DNA of 64,000 bases from Hydrolagus colliei (Eukaryota): the NCBI GenBank assembly GCA_035084275.1, contig CM068755.1, forward strand, positions 3,534,001-3,598,000, in the 5' to 3' direction. The position numbers were made by a program, and so were the translations under genes. Positions 37,256-49,269 of this stretch are shown here, piece after piece. Each line of letters starts with the position of its first letter. The stretch's first letter is position 1. The notes beneath the pieces are model-generated. The model was not told the DNA's origin. It did no database searches and was given only the letters and a program-made list of their open reading frames with translations.

Positions 37256-37705
37256 TAAATAATAATAATAATCCTTGCACTTGATGTAGTACTTTTCACA
37301 TCTTAATGAGTCTCAAAGCGCTTCACAGAATATACTGTAAAGTGAAACAAAACACAAAATACTACAGATGCTGGGAATCTGAAACAAAAACAAAAGGACG
37401 AAGGGTTGTAGACCCGAAACGTTGACTCTTTTTCCTTTCTCCATGGATGCTGTTTGACCTGCTGTGTTTCCCCAGCAACTTTTGTTTTGGTACTGTAAAG
37501 TGAATTGACTGTATATTTGTGGGCGAAACGTAGCAGCCAATTGCGGACAGCAGTGACCCACAAACAGTTGTGGATTGAAATTACCAATTTTTATTATTAT
37601 CTTTTTTTTGGAGGAATTTTTGTTAGGCGTGTGGAGTAAGGAAACTTGCCCAAGATTTCGCCCTCCGCTTGTAAGGCGAGTGCTCCAACCACCACGCTCC
37701 AGGAG
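37256..37705 (-). mobile_element. SINE-A short variant hosting the Penelope insert
   Basis: Consensus is restored after removing 37347-37504. Confidence 0.9.
37347..37490. mobile_element. Penelope-like insert with internal inversion and 14-bp TSD, nested in a SINE
   Basis: Same family as 560-830. Flanked by TACTGTAAAGTGAA at 37333-37346 and 37491-37504. Contains GACGAAGGGTTGTAGACCCGAAACGTTGACTC. Confidence 0.8.
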
Positions 37706-38626
37706 CTCCAGAATACAGATGGGATAGGAGAGTCGTGCACAATTTGCACAGCAAAATAAACACAGGCATAAATTTATTCCTCCTTTTGAGGCTGTGAACC
37801 AGCTCACAGACAAGACAGCAACAACTACTTGCAGTTATATAATTATATACGGTTGCAGCTTAGTAGTTGGCGTGCTTCCTTCGCAAGCGAGAGGATCCGT
37901 GTTTGATTCCTGGGCAGGGCGAAACCCTCGGCATGTTTCCTTACTCCAACGTGTCTGTTTACTGAGCAGTAAGTAGACGTTTGATAGTCGATTGGCAGAT
38001 CACTTTCCAGGTTAATAATATCTCAACAAACAAAAAATGACTTTATAGTATGTCCCGTGAAGCCACTTGAGATGTCTTAACAATGTGAAAAGGCGCTACA
38101 TCAAATCATCCCCAAATTATTATTATTGTAAGACCTGTTACTGTTATAAACATTGATAGGGTCACGTCTAATTTCTTAATAAAGAAGCTGGAGCTCACAC
38201 AGGAACTCCACTCCAATGTACGTTCATTTGGGTCAATAGTGGAATAGAAAATCCCATATAAAAATAATAATAAATAATAATAATGACTTAAACGATGCTT
38301 TTTCACCCTATTGTACCAGCCGGACATCTTAAAGGAGATCTCTTCGCGAGGATGTAAAAAATGCCATTCAGGAGCACATAAAAATCATTCAGAGCGAATG
38401 AACAAAGCCACTTACAGGCAATTTTGTCCCCTGTGTGTGACTGCTGAGCGATGAGGTTGCTGAGCTCCAAGCCGCCTGCTGTACCTTTCACAACCTCCAC
38501 CAAGCCTCCGTTTGTTCAAATGCTGCACAATTAGCTTCAATCTTTATCTGAACAACTGGACTTTGATCATCTTTAAAATGTGCAGTAGTAGGCTAACAGA
38601 AAGCACTATTCTATTACATATCAGGT

Positions 38627-38691
38627 TTTTATATACACGATATATATCTATATATATAGTATATATATATAGATATATACAGTATATAAAA
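38627..38691. repeat. AT-rich palindrome
   Basis: 18-bp perfect stem 38641-38679 with 3-nt loop, plus 10-bp outer arms. Confidence 0.9.
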
Positions 38692-40021
38692 TTACAGTCA
38701 TTCAGAAGTACAATAAACTGCCTTTGGCATGTAGGCTGTCATTCTGTGCAACGAGTTATGCAGCGAATTAATGTTTTAAGAATAGCTCTGCCCACAGGAC
38801 CAAAAGAGCCCATCGCCAACATCACGTGTCAGAGAGGGGAAAAAATGATGTCTGCCTTCTGAACGGCTTGTGGGAGATGACAATAATAGTAAATAGTAAT
38901 AATAATAATCATCATTTTATATAGCAGGTCACCGAGACATCTCAATGTAAACAAAATATACTGTGAAGTGAATTGAGTGTATATTTTGTGGGCAAAATGA
39001 GGGAGCTAATTGCATACAGCAGTGTCCCACAAACAGTCGTGGATTGAGTGACCAAACTTGTTTTATTTCCATTGCAAATTGAAGGAATTATTAGCCTCGG
39101 AAAAACGATCTGCCAATCGACTGAATCTAAGAAGGAAAAATCTGAAGTAGGTTTTTCTACTCCACTCACCTCTGTTTACCTTGCAGTAATTAGGAACCCA
39201 GTTATTAAGTTGATTGGCAGATCGCTTTCAAGGGGTAATAATCCCTCTAAAAAAATGTTTTGGCATACTTCTAAGTTGCAACTGGCTGCTGCGTTTCGCC
39301 CACAAAATATCTAGTCATTCTACTTTACAGTATACCCCATGAAGCGCTTTGAGACATCGCAACCATGTGATAAGACACTATATCAAATGCAAGGATTATG
39401 ATTACTTTTATCCATAAACGTACTTACTACTAGGTGGACGAGAGGCATGTGGGGTAAGGAAACTTTTCGCCCTGCCCTAGAAATCCAACTCACGTCCTCT
39501 TCCTTGCGAAGCGAGTGCTCTAACCTCTAAACTACATGGTGCTGTGATCCTTTGCATGTGAAGATCATTAGTCACCAGGGGCTAACCTGCAGCCATTCAG
39601 CAAAGCAAGCCAGAAATGTGTTTCAGATTGGATAATTGCAGCTTGTTTGGACATTAATTAATCCACTTTAATGTTCGAACTTCGGAGCGAATTTGTATTT
39701 GATCCAAAGCTGGCATTTCTCAAGGCACTGTAATTGCAGTTGGACCAATCTGAGCCAACTCCTTAATTGTGCCTCAAGGTCTAAGGGAGGTGAAGAGACA
39801 GGGAACGTGTGTGCGTACAGCTATACTTCAACAGCAGCTGAGGAAATGCTAGCCCTTTAGGCATAGCTCGAGTACTCTTCAACGCTTTGGAAGCAAAACA
39901 ACACACATCAAACCCTATTGTTCAGTCAAAGAAAAACATGGAACGTGTCACGTGGAAAGCGAGTTGGATTGTTTTTGTTTTGCTAACATACTTTTCCCAA
40001 TTGTATCCATTATCCATACAG

Positions 40022-40325
40022 GATTCCTGTAGCTCAGTAGATATAGTTTCCTTACTTCACACATCTCTGTTTACCTGCAGTAAGTAGGAATCCTGTTATT
40101 AGTCAATTGGTGCATCACTTTTCTGGGGATAATAATCCCTAAAACAAAAACCGAAAATAACTTGGTCACTCAATCGATGACTATTTGTGGGACACTGCTG
40201 TGCGCAAATGGTTGCTGCGTTTTGCCTACAAAAGTACAGTCAATTCACCTTACGGTATATTCTGTGAAGTGCTTTGAGATGTCTAGAAGATGTGAAAAGC
40301 ACTATTTCAAATGCAAGGATTGTTG
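40022..40325 (+). mobile_element. SINE-A long variant with B-box deletion
   Basis: ttcctgtagctcagtag jumps directly to gtttccttac; long segment and tail intact. Confidence 0.88.
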
Positions 40326-42897
40326 TTATAAATTGTTGAGAATGGTTCTCTTATGCTTTGCAATTACCCAGCACGGTGTTATCTGTGTTGTAATATGTAC
40401 AACATATTTACATTGCTCTCCCTGGTTTTTCAACCCCCACCATGTGCGTGATCTAGCAGGCTTTACCTTTAGCTGAGATGGAGATTTGTCAATAATAATA
40501 ATAATAAGCCTTTGTTAAGACATCTCAAAGCGCTTCACAGAATATATTGTAAGGTGGATTGACTAGGCTTTTTGTGGGCGAAATCTAATTGAGATCGACA
40601 AACTTCATAGCCAGAAGGTAAACAACTCGTGTTATTTACAGGGATTGTGAGCCAGAACCCCCAGAGAAACTCCTTTCCCTTTTTGCACAAATATACAGTC
40701 AATTCACTTGACAGTATAGTCTGTGAAGCGCTTTGAGACATTCAGAAGACGTGAAAAAGCGCTACGTCAAATTCAAGAATTATTATTACAGTATTTTAAA
40801 ATTTGGAAAGGAGCCAGCTTCCACATCAGGAGCGAAGTTAAGAATTTTCCACTACTTTGCACAATGCTCATTTTCAAGTCACAAAAGTCTTACAGACGAA
40901 TACCTGACATAATTTTGCGGCTGTAAATAGTTTCATTCTTGATTCCCTTCCTGGCCGTTTGTGGGACGTGACTGTGCGTAAACCGGCGACTGCATTCAGC
41001 TGCAAAAGTACAGTCACTACACTTCACAGTAAAGCGCTTTGAGACGACCCGCAGACAGGAAAAGGTGCTAAACGTAGAACACATGCCCGCAAATATCGAT
41101 CAATTAACGAAAAAGAAAACGGCAGAAATGCAGGGCATGTCAATCAGATAGTGAAAGAGAATAATGGGTTAACATTTCCCAGGCTAACTTTTAGCGTTCT
41201 GATAAAGTGTAGAAGTCAGCGTATCGTTCTGTTTTTTTTCCAAAAAAACTTATTCACTGATTGATTTCCAATGTTTTATCTGCCCCTCCACATCTACAAA
41301 TCCAATAAAAACCGAAGTCATTTTCGCCTGATTTGATGGAAAGAGTGACAGTCCTTCTGCAGCAATAACAGTGGGGGAGAAACGCACACATTTACAATCA
41401 GTTGTAAGCACTGACAGGAGTAATTCAGACCTATGCCTGGTTGTGCTCAGTGAGTAGCCTGTACAAACAATGACACCTCCTGGTAATCCATGGCATTGAC
41501 AACCACGTTGTTTGCACTCAGTCACATCTCGGGACTTTGAGCTCAAACACAAGTTGACGCTCCATCGCTGTGCTGGGGGCGAGTCGCATTGTCAGAGTTG
41601 CCGTCCTTTGGAAGAGATGTTTCCAGCGCCTTGGGCGTCCTCCCGACGCGAAAGGCGCTATAGAAATCTAATTTTGTCGTTGTTGTTAAGCCTGTTCAGA
41701 TGGATGCTCAAATCTCCCATAATTCAAAAAAAAAAGAGGTCGTTTCTCCCGGCGTCCTCGCCGACAATCCCACAGAACCTTTCGCCCGCAGATTATACCG
41801 TCAGTTCACTTTACGGTATATCCTGGGAAGTGCTTTGGGACATCTCAAAGGTGTGATTCAAAGGTTTGTTATTCTACAATTGGTCACTCACTTCGTGGCT
41901 GCTTGTACTTTGTGCAAAGGGAGTGTCACGTTCTCCCACAAAATATTCTGCAAAGCACTTTTGAGGCATCCTGCAGACATAATTAACAGATAAATCGATA
42001 ATTTAAATAAATGATCTTGCATTTGGTTTAGGGCTTTCCAACCAAATCATAATAATAATATCAGTCCTGACAGATGAAATGTTTGGATTAACATCATTAT
42101 TATAATAATTCGGGTTCCGCACAGAAAGAACATTGCAAGCCAACCTTCCTCACATCTACTTATTTCAGCAGAATGCTGCTCATTACGATTCCCCATAATG
42201 GGAATTAGACAATGCTATCAATCAGATCCCCCCCCCCCCACCCCCACCTCCCACTCTCCCCCCATTAAGTGCTATTCATCACAACTGATTCAAATGGACT
42301 CAGGGACCGGTGTCTGACAGTGTCCTGTACACTCAGTATGACTGTTAAGTAGCTTCATCCAGATTAACCCGAGGGTTAACCTGTATCGTGTATTTCACCT
42401 CCTTGCTTTCAGACAATAACCAGTGACAAAACACTTTCCAGCGGTGACTGATGACTCGTGGCCTGGAACTGTCTCTCTCTGCGTGACGTGCCGGCCAATC
42501 CTGGCTCAGGGAGTGGGATTCCTCGGGGGATATTGACCAAGGTAATGGGGGCAAGGGGGCAAGTATCTCCAAACTGCAAAGAGCTGATGAAATGTCTATT
42601 ATTACAATACTTGGTTTGATGTAGTAATAATAATTATAATGACTAGAGAAGGTCAAGAAATATATCGATCGTCAAATTGAATGCGGTCGTATGTGGCAGT
42701 ATAAACGTTATAGTTCGTAAAATCGCCAATGGGGGTGAGGGGGGAGGAGGGTTTTCAGTAATAACATGTGTCACGTCTCACAACCACTCTGCACTTGACT
42801 GTATCACAATTTGATTCCAAAGGGAACACACATATCTCACTCTATGGTATAAAATAATCGCGGGTTGTTTGTCGTGATGAATAGCTTTTGATTCTAT

Positions 42898-43228
42898 GTA
42901 TAATAATAATCCTTGCAATTGATATAGCGCTTTTCATGTCTTATCGACGTCTCAAAGCGCTTCACAGAATATACTGTAAAGTGAATTGGCTGTATATTTG
43001 TGGGCCAAACTCGGCAGCCAATTGCGCACAGCAGTGTCCCACAAACAGTCGTGGATTGAAAATTACCAATTTTTATTATTGTGTTTATTTTTGAGGGATT
43101 ATTATTGGGCGCGTGGAGTAAGGAAACTTGTCCGAGGTTTTGCCATGATCTGCCTGGATTCAAACTTGTTCAAACAGGTCTCCAGCTTGTTAAGGCGAGT
43201 GCTCTAACCACCGAGCTACAGGAACTCC
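42898..43228 (-). mobile_element. SINE-A short variant, full length
   Basis: Near-consensus copy. Confidence 0.93.
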
Positions 43229-43318
43229 ACAATAGTATTTTTAAAATTGTCTTGTTATCATCCCCCAATTAGCAGCTTCGTTCAGTCCAAGTCATATTGA
43301 TTTCCTGTGCTTTGCTCT

Positions 43319-43652
43319 CTATAATAATAATCCTTGCTGTTTGAGATAGCACTTATCACTAGTGCTAAGTCTAGAGGTTTTCTAGACTTCTCAAAGCGCT
43401 TCAAAAAATATTCTGTAAAGTCAATTGACTGTATATTTGTGGGTGAAACACAGCAGCCAATTATGTACAGCAAGGGTCCCACACACAGTTGTGGATTGAA
43501 GTGACCAATTTATTATTGTTTTTTTTCTTGAGGGATTATCATTAGGCATTTGTAGCAAGGAAACACTTGCCCAAGGTTTCGATCTGACAGGATTCAAACC
43601 CAGGTCTCTTGTTTGTGAGGCAATTGCTCTAACAACCGAGCTACAGGAATCC
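43319..43652 (-). mobile_element. SINE-A short variant, full length
   Basis: Near-consensus copy in tandem with the previous one. Confidence 0.92.
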
Positions 43653-44169
43653 CTGTGGAGCATTCTCAATGTAATGGCCTCTGGTACAGTTTTTTTGTGT
43701 GGCGGAGAGCGAGTTACAGTGAGAAATTACACCAGGCTCCCTCTTCCCCTGGATGATTACAGACTGTGTTACTGTGAAGCACTCCGGGAGACCCTACTCC
43801 ACGTGATGGGCGCTATATAAATTCAATTCCATAAGACGGTTTCATACCATCGAGTCCTACATTGTTAAGAACTTCAACAGCAATGTTGTGTTGATTCAAC
43901 CCTTCAAAACAAAGCTGGATAAACGTCTACTACATGGCACCCTTCACAACCCACAAACAACCATGAAATGAATAACAATTTTATTTGGGGGATTGTCGGC
44001 TAGGAAACAGGGAGAAAATGCTTCCTCTTTTTGAATAGATCCAAGGGGATCTTTAATTTCAGCCTAAACAAGCAAGTTTAAACAACCTTGGTTTAATAAC
44101 CTTATAGGATTTTATATCTATATTATATTATAGGATATATTATATAACATTGAGACCATTAAGAGAGAA

Positions 44170-44425
44170 CTAGATATGTATCTGGGGAAGACGGGTTTGC
44201 AGGGTTATGGGGAGAAAGTTGGTGATTGGGGTTAATGAAAGTGACTTGCTCGGTCAAAGAGCCGGCACAGACTCGATGGCCTCCTTCTGTGCCGTAACAT
44301 TCTATGATTCCATTGATTCTATGATAAGGAGGATTGGGACTGATTGGGTAGCTCTTCCAAAGAGCTGACACAGGCACGATGGACCGAATGGCCTCCTTCT
44401 GTGCTTTAATATTCTATGATTCTGT
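44170..44425 (+). mobile_element. Two tandem CR1 3' ends
   Basis: Two successive ggcctccttctgtgc...attctatgatt tails. Confidence 0.88.
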
Positions 44426-45395
44426 TAACATTTCATCCGAAGGATGGCACCCTCGACAATGCATCTCACCCCTAGCACTGGACTGGATTCTCAGGCAAAT
44501 TTTCACCCACGTTCGCTTGACTCAAAAGGCAGGCGAGATTGCTACCAACTGCGTCAGGCCTGCAGCAGCCAGCCACAAGAACACACACAACAATTTGTCA
44601 CCTAGTTTGGTTCCGTCCTCTTCCCGCGCATTAACAAATGAAGATCATACATCAATCTGATTTTAATAAATGATAATAAGTCTCCCTCGACAGTTTAGGT
44701 AATTACTTGTCCAGCCTGGAACGTCCCCTTAGCACATGGTGCCAGCACGCTCCCATCTTACAGAACTGCTTCCCATCGATTATAAAATAAGATCAGGAGC
44801 AATTGCATTTTAATAAGACTGTGGCCGATCAATAATTTTGCTTCCCTCTGCGCAGCTTAGACCATTTTGACGTCGAGGCTTCGAACACAAGCCCAATAAA
44901 AGCTAACAGTACAGTTCTGTAGAGTTTCTCTGAGCAACTCGAATGTTCCCAATTATATCTGGATATTGTCTGAGCAGTGGGAAAAATGTGTTGGTCCTTA
45001 CGGGGCTTGGATTCACATCATAGGAAAAACCTTGGTTGTTCTCCACATTTATTGATTGCCTCGCCTCCCACCCCACCGCCCCCCCACCCCCCAGATTGCA
45101 TTAAATTCAACGTTATGGGGTTTAGAATTCCAATGGGTAATATTAGGACAGACACCAGGAAGTATTTATTTATCCAGCGGGTTAATAATAGTAATAATAA
45201 TACTTGCATTTGATATAGCACCTTTTCACATTGTTGAGACACTTCTAAACGCTTCACGGGATACACTGTAAAATGGATTGACAGTAGTTTGTGGACGAAG
45301 AGCACAGATATGATAATGAAAGGAACAGATTACCCACAAGAATACACATCCCAGGACATCCACCCTACCCCATCATCTTCCTATCACAGCATTAA

Positions 45396-45713
45396 GTCCT
45401 GCAGCTCAATGGTTAGAGCACTCGCCTTACAAGTGTGAGACCTGTGTTCGAATCCAGGCAGGTCAGGGCGAAACCTTGGACAAGTTTCCTTACTCCACAC
45501 GCCTAATAATAATCCCTCCCCAAAAAATCACGATAATAAAATTGTTCATTTCAATCCATGACTGTTTGTGGGACACTACTGTGCGCAATTGTCTGCCACG
45601 TTTCGCCTACAAATATACAGTCAATTCACTTTACAGTATATTCTGTGAAGCGCTTTGAGACGTCTAGAAGACGTGAAAAGCGCTATATCAAATTCAAGGA
45701 TTATTATTATTAT
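45396..45713 (+). mobile_element. SINE-A short variant, full length (used here as reference copy)
   Basis: gtcctgcagctcaatggttagagcactcgccttacaagtgtgagacctgtgttcgaatccagg head (tRNA-Ala-like), tail stem-loop, (ATT)n. Confidence 0.95.
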
Positions 45714-46959
45714 CAAGCTAATTGTAAAATGCATCCAGTGTTTTGATCTCAACTCCCACCTTCTAGCAAGCTGTTCCCATTGCTAATTACCCTCTGGGTA
45801 AAGAACAACTGACTATTCAGCAATTCTCCTTTGCGCCTCAAAACCTGTGTCTTGTTGTGCCAGTCTTAGTGCAACCTATATACGCCTCTACAAGGCCTCC
45901 TTTGTGATGCCTTCCCTCAAGAATGAAGAGCCCTATTTGTCTACGAGTCTTGGCCTTTCCACCGAGGGCTCTCAATTTTCAAAACCAAAATAGACTCCAA
46001 CTCCTAACATGATTGCCCTTCACTGAATCATGCCAGGCCATCTACTGTTGACATGAAAGCTCCATTGTTCCGATAAAGGGCAGCATAAAAATGAGAGCTG
46101 CAAAAGAGACACAGCGCGAGCCCTTCTCACAGGAGGGTAAACAGCTTTATAAGATGATTGCCGGCAATTCATTTGACCAGTATCCAGTGCAAGCACAGAT
46201 ATTTATTTCTGTCTGCGCCAAAGGCAACAGCAGGAGCTATTCACTCACAAGGCGTCTGTGCGAGTGTGTGGGAGGATTATAGTTTGTCTGAGGCAGTGTT
46301 TCAGTGAGCAATATAAACACCTTGTCTTGGAAGCAATCGCAATAACAACTTTTTCATCTGTAAAGCTCTACAGTTTTGTACATATTAGTAAACTAGTGAA
46401 ATCTCACCCAGGCTTGTACACAAACCACCCCAGGGTCTCGATTTCATTCCGACATCTGTGTTCATACATTTGAGGGTTCACACTCATCGTGGCAAGTTTA
46501 GGGATACAAAAAGGACGTTTTTTTTTGGCGTAAAATTCAACGGACAAATGGACCAGGTTATTAATGTGGCAGAGTAATAACAGAACCTTGAGACTCATTT
46601 AAGAGGCAAATATCTTTGATGAAGAAGATAGGGTGCGTATGCTGGGAAGGTCGGCATAATTTTAATCCCTGTATTTGATATAGGACACTCTCTGTGCACA
46701 ATTTGCTGCTGTGTTTGTCTAGAAACACACAGTTACTGTGTTTGCTGACAATCCACTGTGAAGTTAAACTGAATGCAATTTTTTTATTTTATTAAAAAAA
46801 AGTTTATTTTTAGGAACCAATGGTTTACTTTTAAGAATATCTTTGGTACTGAGCACTTCGAGTGGTAGTAATACCAAATAATCTTACATTTGGTGTAATA
46901 CTTTCACAATGGGAGGAAGGACATCCAAATACTTCAGAAGACATACTCTTTGTAATACT

Positions 46960-47268
46960 GTAATAATAATCCTTGCATTTGATATAGCACATTTCATGTT
47001 TTCTAGACGTCTCAAATTGCTTCAAGGAATATTCTGCTAAGTGGATTGACTGTATATTTATGGGCAAAACATGCAAACAATTGAGCTCAACAGTGTCCCA
47101 CAAACAGTCATGGTTTGAGTGACCAATTTAGTACTGCTTTTATTTGTGGAAATTATGATTAGGCGTGTGGAGTAAGGATACTTGCCCAAGGTTTCACCCT
47201 GCCTCCAATCAAACCCAGGTCTCTTGTTTGCAAGGCGGGTGCTCTAACCACCGAGCTACAGGACTCCA
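46960..47268 (-). mobile_element. SINE-A short variant, full length
   Basis: Near-consensus copy. Confidence 0.92.
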
Positions 47269-47284
47269 CGAGTGTAGTGACTGT

Positions 47285-47585
47285 ATAGCAATGTCCCACA
47301 AACAGCCGTGAAGTAAGTGAACAATTTTATTTGGAGATTTTGTGGTCAAGACACCAGCAGAAAGAAATTCTCTTCTTTACTCAACTAGCGCCATCCACCT
47401 GAACAGGCGGAGACAGGGCCTCGGTTTAAGATCTTACCTGAACAGCGCCTCCTACAGTACAGCACAGTTCCAGGACTTAGACCTTGTGTCTCCGAGACCC
47501 CATGTGGGGCTTAAATCCACAATTTTAGGGCAGATAATTCACCGCTGACACAGAGGCAAACATCCTACCAACTGAGCCAGGTTGA
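47285..47585 (-). mobile_element. Deu-domain SINE (SINE-B)
   Basis: Deu core (cctcggtttaagatct, gccatccacctgaacagg) and head on minus. Confidence 0.82.
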
Positions 47586-49269
47586 CACACTGGTATTCAA
47601 GACTGTGTTTAAAATATGCACAAAATCCTGAAGCGATGAGTCATTCTATACTGCCGCAGATTAGAATCAAGCCTTTCGTCTGTTTGTGAAATTGATGCGG
47701 TGTAAATTAGGTGAAACGACGAGAGGCAGCACCTCAGATAATATCCGTAATCTAATTTGTCTGCAAAGGAAAATAATTGCAGAAACGAAAGCTTGGACAG
47801 GTATTATCTCAGAGGAGTTACATCTTTATATCCAAATATAAACACCACACAACAAAAAAAACAGGAAGATGACGAGATTAAAATAAACCATTCCACAAAT
47901 AAAGACAACAGCAGACATAACGGTTTGCAAAAAAAATGGTTAAATCGCACATTTGCTGTCAGAATTGGGGGGGGGGGGGGGTGGAGGAACAACTTGCAGT
48001 GAGTTGTTGAGTCAGACAGGGTAAATGAGCTGAAATAAGTAGCAGTAGGGATACAGCCATTAACCCATAAGTGGTTTAGCAATCATGTCATTTCAATGTA
48101 ATCAACGTCTAAATAGGATTCTGAGATGCAAATTCATTGTGTTGGCGCTGTGCTCTTTTTGCATGCTTTTCTCATTTTGTTGGTGGGGTAGTTTAGCTCA
48201 GTTGGTAGCACTCATGGCCTCTGAGGCAGAAGGCAGTGCATTCAAGCCCGCCATCAGGACACTAGGCTCGGAGTCCTGAAGCGTGGTGGTGAGAGCACTC
48301 GCCCCGCAACTGAGAGACTCTGGGTTTGATTCCCAGGCTGGGCGAAGTCTTGAGCAAGTTTCCTTACTCCACATGTCACTGTTTAGCTAGCAGTAAGGAG
48401 GAACCTGGTTGTAAGTCAATTGGCAGATCGCTTTCCAAGGGTAATAATCCTCTTCCCCCCCCCCCCCCCCACCGCCAATCCTTGGTTATTCACTTCTTAG
48501 CTATCTGTGGGTCACTGATGTTGTGCAAATTGGTTGCCATTTTAAGTTACATTTCACAGTAAACCTGCTTGCAAGGCGAGTGCTCTAACCGCTGAGCTAC
48601 AGGACTCCACTTTTCGGAGAACGCTGCATGTCACAGGTGTCGTCCTTCAGATAAGATATTAAACTGATGTTTTGTCTGCCTGTTGAGGTGGGCGACGAAG
48701 ATCTCGCCGCACTACTCGAAAAGATACAGGAGTTTCTATCAGCCATCCCAATCTAATGTAATCGATATCATAGATCACTAAAGTCCATACACAAAGGAAT
48801 GACTGACTGATGTCACATCAATTAGAAGGTGCGTTTTAATTCAAATTGGCTGTCAATCCGGAGAGCAAATACATGTGTTGGTGATCAGTAATGGAGCCGC
48901 TGGGAGCTTGGTCCATTGAGAGACTGGCTGAATACAGACCTCGAATCAATAAAGTAAATAGGAAGCTCAGTGTTCTGCTGGATGACTGATGTGTTGATTA
49001 ACATTTGCTGCTTCAGGTCACAATCTACTTTGGAAGTGAAGATTTCTTTCTCCCTGTCCTCCCTTTGACTCTCACACCTTAATTTGCTGTTGTTCAGCAC
49101 CGTAAGAAATGAGGAGAGTTTGGAGAGAGCTTAAGTGATCTCTCAGTAATAAGGAAATAAGAGCCAAGCAGATTGCGACTGACCACAGAGTTCTGAGTGC
49201 AAAGCTCTGGTGTCTTTCATAGCAGCTGTCCACATAGGGTGGTCCACACAAGGACACATGCCTGGCTTG

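Noticed and set aside
37313-37813. 166-aa ORF, and similar ORFs at 57700-58128, 27386-27817 and 42894-43163
   Set aside because: Translations of SINE sequence; the same pseudo-peptides ([19 protein letters not shown]) recur in many copies.
45396-45470. tRNA gene (Ala/Val-like) at SINE heads
   Set aside because: A and B boxes are present, but acceptor and anticodon stems are broken and each head continues into a SINE body.
49093-49101. REST/NRSE motif TTCAGCACC
   Set aside because: Left half-site only; the GGACAG right half is absent.
49072-49257. Hydrophobic minus-strand ORF (LWSVAICLALISLLL) as the CD276 TM exon
   Set aside because: No fitting splice sites or basic stop-transfer residues; the true TM exon is at 26587-26721.
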